DNA from: Phoronis australis
Lineage: Eukaryota; Animalia; Phoronida
NCBI GenBank assembly: GCA_002633005.1
Contig: NMRA01000378.1
Location: forward strand, 234,886-298,885
Length of the DNA: 64,000 nt
Direction of reading: 5' to 3'
How positions within the stretch are numbered: position 1 is the stretch's first letter; each line of letters opens with the position of its first letter. Position numbers and translations under genes: made by a program. The notes beneath the pieces were generated by a model. The model saw only the letters and a list, made by a program, of their open reading frames with translations, was not told the origin of the DNA and did not search any database. This document shows positions 13,101 to 24,934 of this stretch, piece after piece.

Positions 13101-13261
13101 CTTTCTATTAAAGAAGCAATGACATGTTCCCGTTTTCGGACGGACTGTATGTTTTTGCACCATCTAGTGGCCATTTTTATGACACAAATAAGCAACCCTA
13201 TAAGCACAGCATTTGCGATGCATTCGTGGGCGCATTTCAACGCTCCGCGTTGCTCTTGTTT
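10140..13261 (+). mobile_element. Helentron-associated non-autonomous element (HINE/DINE-1-like) with internal tandem repeats, interrupted at ~11180-12587
   Basis: T-rich 5' start, subterminal IR atgcgcccac (10144-10153) / gtgggcgcat (13226-13235), GTCC-type microsatellite (10189-10240), 3' hairpin caacgc-tcc-gcgttg (13238-13252) then ctcttgttt. Confidence 0.75.
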
Positions 13262-13890
13262 ATGATAGTCTCTATATCTAGCAAGTTCCTTGATTGATTT
13301 TCATGAAATTTCGCTATTAGGTTTCAGTTATGGAGACGACCACACTTTCCCATTTCGTGGCGTATTTCTATGTAATCTGTACAGAAACATTGCCATTGAG
13401 ATGAGCAAGGCTGACATTTATTGTTGATTGGACGATCTTCTATGGTGCCCCCTAATGGCAATTTAAGTTTTCTTTATGTATTCCTCTATATCTTGATGTA
13501 TTTTCGTACAATATGGTACCTTTGTTTCTGTGGAGGATACGAGAACAAACTGCCATTTTCGGTTGGATTTGAAATATTCTGTCCCACTAAAGGTTATTAT
13601 TTCTGGCAGCAGCCTCTCTGTCCTTTAAAGTGCTTGGAAGATAGTTATGAAATTTTGCCCATGTGTTCTTATTGAGATGATCACGGTTGACAGGTTTTCT
13701 GATGAGTGCAATCACTGTGGCGTCTAAAAGAGTATTTTGTTTGTTTACCTGTGCCGCAATATCTACAAAGTTGTTGTGATGAATCTGGGTGGGGGAAATT
13801 TGGTGTATATGTTACATTATTGAGGGAAGTACGCCCGGCATAAATTTTAGGACATATGAGTGCCGTGGCGTCCTCTAGTGGTTCCGTAAC
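10330..13890 (+). repeat. ~150-bp tandem units (3-unit higher-order repeat of ~451 bp), each with a CTCF-like core gccNcctagtggc
   Basis: Cores at 10351, 10496, 10656, 10801, 10947, 11108, then 12725, 12865, 13015, 13159. Older diverged cores at 13447 and 13870. Confidence 0.8.
11180..12586 (+). mobile_element. Insertion starting at TTAA-AG with a degenerate THAP domain (Kolobok-like); right end lost at N gap
   Basis: Interrupts the HINE repeats at ttaaag (11180). 11358-11550 translates MLQCIVPACPN*...KAGISFVF..., EMLRKWLI and KHLRVCGL, the THAP C2CH pattern with lesions. Confidence 0.5.
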
Positions 13891-14873
13891 TCCCAAGAAT
13901 GTTGATGGATGGGATTTGGAAAATAGAAAATGACAGCGGCTGTATTGTTCCAGATGAATTTGATGTGTGTTCCACCACCTACTGTTTCTTTATTTTATAT
14001 ATTACATGTCATTAACACCCCTTGAAGCATATTGTCAGAGGTGCAGTCGTGGGCGCTCTGCGTTTCTCCTCGTTTTGTATGATGTTGACAAAAGTTGTAG
14101 TGTAATGTAGACTATGGTTTCATTTTTATTTTTGATCAATGATCTCGATCTCTGAAACTTAACATTGACCACCAACTTTAACACCCACACTTGTATGATA
14201 CACATATGAATTATAATCAACTTACAGGAGGGACACTAAAGTGTACTATCCATAGTTCGATGTCATCCATAACCAAAGGCTACGTTGTATAAATGTCCTA
14301 TGAAATAGATATTGTTACTGATTTGTTTTTTCAGTGTGTTGCAAGTCAGCTTTTCCACGAACACTTAACTTCACCGATGCCTTACTAAAAATAATTTGGC
14401 ATTTTTGTAGTCTGTCTGTATTTCGAATTCGTGGCATTTACTGTATCAAAATGTTCGAACAAAATTTAACAAACTCAGTCCAAGCTCCTTGGTCAGTTGT
14501 TTATATAGATGATTCGGAATTCTTGTGCACCCCTCCCCACACTGCTTCGAAAACGAAGATGTCACCGCGTTATCCTGTCGGAATTTACCACTGCAAGCAC
14601 CCCTCTTATGCCCAGATGATTCAATTACATTCCTAGCTCTTCCTAGCCCAATATAGTATTTTCATGTACATCTCTAATTCATATAGTTTTAGTGATGTAT
14701 TAAAATCACAGTTCGAATCTTCTGGTCCATTCTCACGTGAACCTGCAACGCTTCATCGAATCTACGTTTCAGTCCTTTAGTTTGCAATCATCATCACTAA
14801 GAAGCAAGTCCCGCTGAAGATTGTAAAAACAACTTGAGAAACGTTCACCTCAAGCACTTCTCAACACAATATG

Positions 14874-15023
14874 CAGTGGTGGATTTAGAGGGGGGCAATG
14901 CCCCCCCTAAAATTCTCCCAGTTCACATTTGTCAGATGGGGGGGTGCAAATGTCTGACTGGCAAAATCCTGGCTAATACTCTGCCATGGCGCCCCCTATC
15001 TCAAAGTCCTGGATCCGCCCCTG
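14874..15023 (-). mobile_element. ~150-175 bp MITE, copy 1, inserted in the recombinase remnant
   Basis: Ends cagtggtggatt / ggatccgcccctg; near-TSD atatg/gtatg; internal sequence shared with the 21505 and 62194 copies. Confidence 0.8.
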
Positions 15024-15251
15024 GTATGGTTCATAAATACCAAACTGTTAGGTTTCCGGGGTACACATGAAAGCCGCCAGATACAGTGGGCAAACATACA
15101 GTTGCTTGAAGACGAATCTGGCAACCAATAACTAGAGTTCAAGGAAAGGGAAACGAAAACAAGATTCGGCACTGGTAGCGACATTAGACGATTTAATCCA
15201 AAACCATTTGCCCTTCCGTCAGATCTGTCAAGGTGCTCCGTTACTACTTAC

Positions 15252-15387
15252 AAAGCCTACCGATCATGAAGACCACCAAAAAGACTACAGATCATGAAGA
15301 CCACCAAGAAGCCTACCGATCATGAAGACCACCAAAAAGCCTACAGATCATGAAGACCACCAAAAAGCCTAACGATCATGAAAACCC
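15252..15387. repeat. 28-bp minisatellite, ~5 copies
   Basis: Unit aaagcctaccgatcatgaagaccaccaa at 15252, 15280, 15308, 15336, 15364. Confidence 0.9.
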
Positions 15388-16194
15388 CCACCTTTCTCTC
15401 TCAGCATCAACCACAGCAGAACCCTCAACTCCGAAATATTGTACAAGGATCAATCCCTGGTCAAACACAATAGCTTTGTTCGTGAAAAAATGGCACAAAG
15501 AGCAGGCTTCCGTGGTAAGAAAACCAACTACAGCGTAAGGCGAACCATGTGCACAAAACTCCTTCATGCAGGCATAGCACCTATCACAATCATGTAGCTC
15601 AGTAGATACAAAATAGTAAGTTTGAAAAACTATGTATCAGCTGCAACGACACAGTAGAGCAAGGTCCAACATTCCGCAAACTAAGACCCCATCAACTACA
15701 AGTGAAAAAATCACTGTCAAAGCCAACAAAGCCAAACGGTCAGTGGTCATGACACTAGCACCCGATACTATCGGCGACAGTATTACACGAGCAGCAACAA
15801 CGACCGTCCCAGCAACATTTGAACCTATCCAGACTACAGAATCCATAGAAATGCAACAACGCACTTGAAACAATGCTACAAGGGACATATTTGCCGGAGC
15901 TGTCATCACCTGTGGCACTTTTGACAACTTAGTGTAAACAGACTACGCGTAGGCTGCGGCGCTCAGGTCCATGACCAAGTTTTAAGAATGAGTGCAGCTA
16001 AATGTACCACATGAGGATTTCACAATGTTATAAGTATTCTTGTTGTTACTTGTATGTTGCTCTGACGTCAAGTTTTACTTGCTTTTTTTTTGTTCGCACT
16101 CTACATGTCGCATTTTTCGTCCGAGTCTCGCGAAAAATACACACAACATGTGGACCCGGAAGTCCTGGAAACAACTTGTTTTTCGTCATGATCG

Positions 16195-17069
16195 AATTCA
16201 AAATGGCTGTCACGACGGCTATTTTGTGTTCAAATTCAGATTCAAAGAATCGTAAAGACAGCATTTTTTCACATACAGGGCTGAAAATCGGCACAGTTAT
16301 TGTACTGGACGGTTACTAAAGATGTGTCTGAAATTACTACCTTTCGGTCAAAGATAAGGAACATATTGGCCATTGCGCAGGCGCACTTTGATTTCGGGAC
16401 GAAAACTTTTATCCTTTAGTGGGCGCATTAATGGATCAACTGCTTCGAAATTTTTAGAGTATTACTTTCTTGTAAATAGCAATTATAGAGTGCTGCTCAA
16501 CCGGAAGTTGTTTTCAAAATGGCGGGTCTGACGCATTTTCATCTATTTTCAATCGTGCTGGTGTGCCAGTTTGAAGGAGAAGGGGATATGACATGTTTTT
16601 TGCATGTTGATTACCTAAGGCATACTCTTTCAAACGAACTCTAACAGTTTTTTTCTCAGACTTACCATTTTGAGTTATTCGACATTAAATTTCAAACAAA
16701 AATCAAAATTTAAGTTCTTGAACATTTTGTGGAATTTTAGGAAGCTATTTTCTTATATAGAGTTTTGAACGGGCGCTTTCAAAATATATTTGATTTTTTG
16801 CTAAGACGTCTTCAATGGATTCAAGATGGCGGACGTGACTTGTTTTCGAATTCAGATTTATATGCTCATAGAGGCCACAATTTGTGACGTAGACAATTGA
16901 AAATCGGCACAGTTATTGTTGCTGACGTTCACTACAAATGTACAAGAAATCGTTTACTTGAAGTTAAAAATAGGGGAAAAACTCGCCATTGCGTATGCGC
17001 ACCTCAATTGTGGGAAATATGTTTTCCCTTCAGAGGGCACATTGTAAAACCAATTGCTTTGAATTTTTG
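16195..17069. repeat. Diverged internal direct repeat of a non-coding repeat element
   Basis: 16195-16450 resembles 16820-17065 (ttcaa.atggc..., tgaaaatcggcacagttattgt, gccattgcg.a.gcgcac). Confidence 0.6.
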
Positions 17070-17372
17070 CTCTGCGCGTGTGAGCGCAGAGTACTGTTGT
17101 TCCTGGGTTTTCTTCAATTTTATTCTTATTCTTATTCTTATTCTTATTACTCTGCGCGTGTAAGCGCAGAGTACTGTTGTTCCTGTGTTTTCTTCAATTT
17201 TATTCTTATTCTTATTACTCTGCGCGTGTAAGCGCAGAGTACTGTTGTTCCTGGGTTTTCTTCAATTTTATTCTTCTTATTACTCTGCGCGTGTAAGCGC
17301 AGAGTACTGTTGTTCCTGGGTTTTCTTCAATTTTATTCTTAGTCTTATTCTTATTCTTCTTATTCTTCTTCC
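17070..17372 (+). repeat. Four tandem hairpin + (TTCTTA)n units, resembling repeated 5' ends of a HINE-type element
   Basis: ctctgcgcgtgtRagcgcagagtactgttgttcc at 17070, 17150, 17218, 17283. Units differ mainly in microsatellite length; followed by cttcttccg...aactttgaggcttaataactcc. Confidence 0.8.
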
Positions 17373-18589
17373 GACCAACTTTGAGGCTTAATAACTCCAA
17401 ATTGGGTGCAGGTACGGTCTTTAAATTCAGCATATGACTTTTGACAGTATATAAATTTTGATTGGTTATATAACCATTTTCCATATTGCACCGGAAGAGG
17501 TCGTTTGGTGCAAAGGTCATATAATTTTAAATATGCTACTCCTCCTTCAGTGTAAGATACTTCACGTTTGTTTGCTCCGGGTGGCTCATGGTCACGTGTA
17601 TATTCATGACTGAATGGACTGAATGTAATTTGCATATGACCTGGCCCTCTTTTCAGTATAAGTGTTGTGCGCTGACTCGATTTACTCACATTGTGGCAGT
17701 GCATATTTGGCGTCAGTGAGNNNNNNNNNNNNNNNNNNNNNNNNNNNNNNNNNNNNNNNNNGAGAGCCAGGGAGCGGCAGTATTGAGGTATTTTTCATGG
17801 TGTTTTCGTATTTGGTATTTCCGAATTTGCATTTTGTCTGTATCTGTGAGGTTTGCTATGCTTTTTGTTTTTTATTTTTAGAACTGAAACAGAGAAGAAC
17901 TGTGAAAATGTCAATGAGAAATGTTTCACGTCTCTCAATAAAGCTCTTTAAAAAGATGTAATTCCTCTTGACTTGCCAAGCACTCATAATTAACACATAC
18001 CACGACTCTAGATACAATTTAGTCAGCAAAACGTGAACAAATCGATGAAAATCTGTCGCGTTTGCTCGAGTTTCTCTCAGTTACCGGGTGCCATTTTGAG
18101 GAAGTTACGTGAAATTACGCGTGTTAACGAATAAAAAGTCTAAGAGACACACATCTTACAAGTTTCACCCGATACCTTCTCATGCTATTTTACAAGTGTC
18201 ACGCGCTAGCGTCACGCGCTTCTCGCGCTAACCTTTGCCTAACTCACGTGATTCATGCAGTTGACATGCTTTATGGTTATCGCGCACGCGGTGATAAAAT
18301 CAACGGCAACCAAAAAAGTGATGTAATTCTTCGCCAAAGTCAACTTAATTCTCACAACTAAGCTTAAGATATGTATAGAAGTAGAAAGGACCAATGATCG
18401 ATGAAAGTAAGCGTTTTTTAAATGATAGTTTTAAGTGTAGAATGTATTTTTGACGAGGTGAAAACTCGAAATCGGTAATCCAAATCCGGTCACGACCCGT
18501 TTAAAATACACTGAAGTAACGAAATGAGTACAGAAAGCGAATGGAAGTATTGTAGCCCCTATATGGCCAACCCGGCGAGGGGCTACGTG

Positions 18590-18793
18590 TTGCCTACTAG
18601 ATGGCTCCGCGTTGGTTTGAATGCCGCTAAATCTCCCCTTACTCCCAGCTCTCCTAATGTTGTCTATCCATTTTTCACGAAGTTCTTGGTTTGCAGGGAA
18701 CACATAAAAACTCGGATTTTTATCTCTCTTGTTGTTTTTGAAGCAGCCAGGAACACAACAAGTGTATCCGCCGTAAGTTTTCTTCGCGCTCAT
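18590..18793 (-). pseudogene. Truncated THAP-domain coding fragment (transposon-derived)
   Basis: MSAKKTYGGYTCCVPGCFKNNKRDKNPSFYVFPANQELREKWIDNIRR, then after a frameshift FKPTRSHLV; lacks the final C/H and AVPT. Confidence 0.8.
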
Positions 18794-19371
18794 ACCGCGT
18801 ATTATTCTGGATACTATGGCCGCCTTCGGAATCCTGACCACAGCACCCACAATGCACCATTTTAAACTAATTTCAATATGGCGTCATTGCAAATCCGCTA
18901 TTAGGGCCTACAAAACCTTAACACACACATATGTGGTTAGCTTAACAGTAGCAAAGATACCACGGCTTAGTTTGGTAGTATCAAGACACGATTAACTTTA
19001 AACAGTTTTATAATCAGATGGTTCGTGTCCATGGTAGGCGGGACGTTGTCTGGACATTTTCGGGGGGAGGGGGGCAGACCGTGCCATCGATGTCAAGACT
19101 CAGCAACTAAAGCATCGTCAGGCAAAGTGTTTCTTGATTCTTGGCGGAAGCCTAAATCGTAGAATTACCGGCTGGCGGTCTGGGGACCCATGACCGAAGA
19201 TGGGCTGGCCGTCGGCTGAGCGATAAGCGGTTGATGCGCAACCGACAGTCTGCTCGTTATTGTCGTGGGAGAAACGTCGAACATCTCTAAATGCCTTAAT
19301 CACATATCAGATGATGCGCAGCCTATATCCCGTCAACTGAATTATGTCAATCTGTACAGTATAGCCTTTAG

Positions 19372-19779
19372 TGCCCGGTTGCATGAAACAGCCCCAAAGT
19401 TCCCTAAATCTTTTGCCCATTTGTGTCGTTCTTTACTCACAGATGTAATATTTTTCATTAATTTTATGTTTATTATGAGCTCTTCTCTGACTAATGACAT
19501 TTCTAATAACATAACTAAAAACTGAACCCTGAATTCAATGAAAATGAATAGGGGGCTCAGTCCTTAAGTTAATGAGGTTGCATGAAAAAATCCCTATTTA
19601 TTTTCGATAATATTGAGAATTCAACGTCAAGATAACTCTCGGTTTGTATAAAAACCGAAAGTTGAGTTAGTAATGAAACTAAAACAGCATAAGAAAGACA
19701 ATCGGTGTTTCCACAAATATGCAGAAGATTTAGAAGACTTAGTTGACTCTATTAGGTACTGTTTCATGCAACTTGTCAT
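19372..19779. mobile_element. ~400-bp MITE with short TIRs
   Basis: gttgcatgaaacag near 19378 is inverted at ctgtttcatgcaac near 19760. Confidence 0.5.
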
Positions 19780-20537
19780 TGGAACCCAACCTCTGTGTTT
19801 CAGTAATACATATCACGTATTCAGATTGCCACTGACATTTATAAGATCACTAGAACATTCTATACTGTATGCGAATGTTTCATTTGGAAAATTGTAGAGG
19901 CGAGTGAGCAAAGGAAGGTGTAAACCAGTGCAGCGCATCGTATGCTTTTCGTATTTAGGCACTTGCGAATATATCTGAATTAACTACGCAAAGCAATTTT
20001 CTACTCAAGTGTTTCACTATACATGTACGCATGCCTTATGCTTCTCTATAGGTGCAGGTTGACATCTCTTGTGTAGGCGCACGTGTTTTGTATCCTTTTG
20101 AATACTTTTAATTCGACGAATGGGTCTAAATAATGTTCGCAAACATATGGTAAAATACATGGGACGCATAGGCTTACACGACAAATGCTCAAGATTTGTA
20201 CAAGGAAACCAAAAAAGAGAAAAAAACTCTTGCTGACACCACGGTTATTGTCTCAGCTCCACAGCATGGTCCACTAAATATCCGAACTGACTCACGCAAT
20301 TGTCGACAATAAAGTACCGGGGTTAAATTATGCACAGTTGAACAGGCTGACAGAGACATTTTTGAAAATTTGAACAGGTTTGTGTAAAAGAAATTTTGGT
20401 GACGAATTCAGGGAAGATGTCTCATCAAATTTTCATATGAGAACTGAAATCAAAAAAACGATTAGGATGTATTTTATTTGTATCGCAAAAATAAATTTGT
20501 AATCACACAATCCTCAATTTCTGAATAGAAATTTTAA

Positions 20538-20606
20538 TTTCAAAATTTGACTGAGACTGTTGCATTTAAAAATGGCTGATGCAACAGTCTCAGTCAAATT
20601 TTGAAA
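20538..20606. repeat. Perfect 28-bp inverted repeat with 13-nt loop
   Basis: tttcaaaatttgactgagactgttgcat / atgcaacagtctcagtcaaattttgaaa. Confidence 0.9.
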
Positions 20607-21504
20607 GCAAACTGATATATAACATTATAAACAACCTAATCATATAAGCTAATCAAAATGAAACGATTCAGGTTTGTCCTTATCATAACGCACACTGTGT
20701 TGCAATAATTTCGTATTACACTTGCAGCCGCTAAACCTTCGACGTCTTTCGTGCAATATTTCCTCGTCGTCAGACAAATCAGTGTCGAGTGCTGTAGTCT
20801 GTAGATAGTGCGCGCGACAGGTTTGCAACGTCCCAACGCATTTCGGAAATAAATTCAGGTGTTTTTGTATCTAATCAAGAAACATCCAGTTCATTAGGAT
20901 TGTTCCTAAAACTTACGCAATTCACTGGTCATGACACACTTTTCGCAATATTTAGGTTGGCGGAACAACACAGCTGAGGCCCTTCAGAACAAAGCTAACA
21001 AATTTGTTAACTGAAGTTCACGGACTCTCAGTAGCACTCACAAAACACGACGTGACTCTCCTGGAAAGAAATATGTGGGTGATCCGTCGGTAGAGCTAGG
21101 GCCGATTGTTTAATTTTTCGGTTTCGTGAACTTACGTATAGTATTGTTTACGCATATGTGAACGTTCGTCAAGAAAACACACATATCGGATCCACACCGT
21201 TTAAGGTTTAAAAGTAATGAACCAATTGCGCGTTATTACATGACTATCATTGTGCACACCACTGTGACTTTCAGTTTACAAGGAAAAGATATTGGATAAC
21301 GAGGTTTTCAAAGCCGGCCCCAAAAATTGTTTAAAATTTAGGAGAAATATAATTTTATCTGATCATCGGTGTGGAATGAAACTTCAACACCCGTAGTCAC
21401 AGTCTTGCGCTATCCTCATGGAACATTTCTTTGTTTAGAACATTACCATTAACTTTATTACTACATACACGTTCTCATACATGTATTTTGACCCTTACAC
21501 TTGT

Positions 21505-21677
21505 CAGGGGCGGATCCAGCATTTTTTAGTTAAGTGAGGGTCAGGGCAGAGTATTAGCCAGGATTTTTAGGTCAGGCATTCGTGCACTCAAACTACCAAA
21601 TGTAACCTAGGAGAATTTTTGAGAGGAGTGGGCTTGGCCCCCTTTCCCCGTCCCCCTCCCCCTTAAATCCACCACTG
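21505..21677 (+). mobile_element. MITE copy 2 with 5-bp TSD cttgt
   Basis: cttgt|caggggcggatcc...aatccaccactg|cttgt. Confidence 0.85.
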
Positions 21678-23558
21678 CTTGTTTCCTCGGAATAATGCGT
21701 TTGTCTAAAGGAAATTATTGTGTTCAAATGTTTGGCACGTGAGCTTTAACTTCACTTATCGGTGCAGGTGAGGCACCTATTTTTTCTTAAACGACATGTT
21801 TTGATTTGTCGGTTTTATCAATTGCTAGTGCTTATCGTTTGACCGAAAACAACTGAACATCTGTTTTTCTCGGATGAGCGCAATAACCATCAAGGAGCAT
21901 GGATCTAACTTCCCGCCCAGGGGGCAAGCGGTACTAGCGCAGTTGCTATTATTCAGTAATACTTTCAAAAAATCATAATTTGGTTTGCGTCCATATCCCT
22001 ACAGTCTGGGAAGGATAGGAGCGAATACCCGTCGTCAAAGCTTGGCTATTTTTAACTTTTCTTAAAGGCACAGTGATTGTTGTTTTAACAACTTGCCGAA
22101 GCACATGCTGCTCCATTGGGAAGGGAAAATGTTAAGAAATGCAATCCAGGACAAATTGAGCATCAATCTTTGCATATAAGCATACCCCCTTATTATTTAT
22201 TACCGGGCGGGGGTGGGCTCGCAGGCTCGAACGAACCCTCCCCCCATTTTGCTAAGTGGGCAAAAAGGTCCGCCTTAGGGGAACGAAAACTCTGAAATAG
22301 GTAGAAAACGAGACAAAAGTCCACTAAAAAGGCAGGAACAGCCAAAATTCGACAAATGCACTGTTTACAGCTCTGAACGTACCCCGTGAAAAGGTCCATA
22401 CTCTCCAAAATTTAGACCCGCATTTTTAGGCTGGGTGCGCGCATGATGTCCATGGACGAACACTCAAGATTTTGTTGCGGCATGTTATGGAGTTGCATCA
22501 GTAAACACAGCAATATCTAAATTTGAAGAGAACACCGTGAATAAAAGGCAAAACAATCTAAGTAGATTTTTTTGCCTTGAAGTCAAGATCCACCGCGCCA
22601 GAATTTAACTGATTTCTTAGTTTATCTTATTACCAATCGGGGTATCAACAATGTTTCTAAAAACAAGCTCCACAACTTATACTTCACCACTGCACGCTGA
22701 TTTGTGGAATTTTAAAAAGCGATCAATTTAACAAGAACTGCCTCGGCAACTTTTGGATTGCTATAGAGGGTCGTCTAATTGAAATGAGGTTGAGCATTTT
22801 CCGAACAAACTGACGAACGAAAAAAACAAGGACATTTTGCTATTCAAGGGTTTCATATATAGACGCATGCCTAATGATTTGCTTATACATAAGGCACTTG
22901 TAGACTGCATTTGCACATGTATGTGTACTTAACTTATTGCGTAATTTTGTATTTTTGACTACTCATTACTGACGTAAATGTTTGCAGATGCCGTAATACA
23001 AGAACAGATATCACAGTCCCATTGGCGTACAGGTTATACGCACACAATTTACGTGTAACAACCAATTAAACTTAAAGTGATTCCACGCAACCAAAAACAG
23101 GGCACGTTACTACAGTTCCGCCATTTTAGCAGTTTCGACAGGTCGTGCATAGTCAAACCTTAAAAGAAAATATCATCAAACGGTAACGAACAAATAATGT
23201 AAACATGGAATTACACACAATAGATAATGAAAATCATGCTACACACTAGTTACTGTAATGTTTCAGCTTGATAAAAGGATTTATGTTACACCCGTTAGCT
23301 TATCACTGAATACTTAAATTGCAATAAAGGCAGGTGCCATTTATAGTTCATGCTAATTAATACGAAGGAAAATGTAGAACAAAAACATTTTGCCAGCAAC
23401 CTAACACATCTCTATTGTACATCTATGTGAATATTAAAGAAATACATTAAAGCTCCGCAAAAATCGGCAATATTGAAGAGCCGGAGAAATTATAAGACAC
23501 ATAACTTTTGTTGCCCACAGAAACTGGTGACCTTGACACCAACCTACATGTATATACN

Positions 23559-23635
23559 CCTATATTAATATAGGGGGCCCCGCTCTCCGGCCTCCCTTCA
23601 GCGAGGCCACCTATATTAATATAGGGGGCCTCGCT
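23559..23635. repeat. 51-bp tandem unit with 16-bp perfect palindrome, next to an N
   Basis: cctatattaatatagg at 23559 and 23610. Confidence 0.75.
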
Positions 23636-23711
23636 TTTGAGGTCCAAAATTCAATTTTTTGCCTATGTCATTTTAATAAGAATAAGTCATTTTAAATAAT
23701 AAGCTGTTTTT

Positions 23712-23990
23712 GGAATTCCTGTAAATGAACGAATTTGTCGTGTTTGTAAAAGCGGAATTGAAGATGAAGTTCATTTCAATTTTGATTGTGAAAAATATAC
23801 TCACATTCGACCATACTTTATACGGCATTCTGCCCTCTGAAGTGGTCATATTTGAGCTTGTGCATTATTTTATAATTTAGTTATTATTAGGTGACTGAGT
23901 AAGCCCATAGAGGCTGGGGGGTTTGGTGAATGTTCAGTCTTTGATATTGTATTTACTGGCACCCTTATGTCACTATAATAAATATAAAAT
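23712..23990 (+). mobile_element. 3' end of a non-LTR retrotransposon (C-terminal CCHC region and A-rich tail)
   Basis: GIPVNERICRVCKSGIEDEVHFNFDCEKYTHIR matches the ERICxxC...EDExHF..C..Y..IR motif of LINE ORF2; ends in aataaatataaaat. Confidence 0.75.
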
Positions 23991-24934
23991 AATTCAACCA
24001 TGTTTTACCTGGTGGACAACCGTGACATCAACACCAAGAAGACGTTTCACGACAATTAGTTTGCCATTCTCAGACGCGGTATAAATTGATGTCACCACCA
24101 CAGGAAAAAAAAGGGTTCAGGTTTAATAAAACTAAAACGAGAATATTGCTGAATAAGGTTGTGAAAATAAAAAGGGCTTAGAAAATTTGGACAAAATGTA
24201 GAAGGAAATTGACAAATAATAAATCAAAATCAAACCGAAGCAGCTATGATGTATTCCAGACAATTACTTCGAACGTCATCTTTTATTCCTTTCGCTGCTC
24301 ATGTGACTCCTCAAATGTCCCACGATAAACAAGGGATGCAGCGGTGTCTTTGTTTTTGTTAGTCCAAATTTCATGTAAATTTACTTAATCTAGGGGCAAT
24401 AGCTGCTTGATTCTATACCTACCAATGACACGCAAACATCAAGGCACTTTTTATTATCTAAATGACGATACACGTACTAGATCCCCTTTTACATGTGTAT
24501 GAAAGAGTTTGCGAATTGCACGTTGCGGTGACTTGCCCTTTCCGTATTCGAGCACATGTTTAGGTCAGCGTACACGAACTGCAATAGGTGTGTTCAAAGA
24601 AAAAAATGCTATAACATTTCACGTGTACATGTACCAGCAATCGAAAACCTGCCTTAAACTCTGAGTGTTTCTGTTTTGCGATTTTCAATTTCAGTAATTT
24701 TCATTTAAAACTTGATTTGAAAATTGAATACACATCAACGTCTACCAATTTGTAACGGATACGTCAAGTTTCACACACGATTTTTTTTTTTCAGTTTACT
24801 CCAGTTCATGTAGTTTGACTGTTTTAAATCCACCAGACGATGCAATATATAAAAAATTATCTGCGGCTGAGGAAGCGGACGTGTTTCCAACATTTCCCCA
24901 CAGAGCACCGATTTCTAATTTTTGACGCCGAATG

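Larger units (their letters stand above)
14780..15680 (+). pseudogene. Crypton/DUF3504-type tyrosine recombinase remnant
   Basis: VWFINTKLLGFRGTHESRQIQWANIQLLEDESGNQ*LEFKERETKTRFG...RCSVTTYKAYRS*RP and KMAQRAGFRGKKTNYSVRRTMCTKLLHAGI...*LSRYK..SLKNY. These correspond to the GxRG, TKT, TNHSxR, GHK and Y motifs; stops are present. Confidence 0.8.

Noticed and set aside
15632-15927. Thr-rich / hydrophobic ORF pair
   Set aside because: Low-complexity tail of the Crypton remnant and its antisense.
17070-17372. CRISPR-like array of hairpin repeats
   Set aside because: The spacers are length variants of one microsatellite, there are no cas genes, and the context is eukaryotic.
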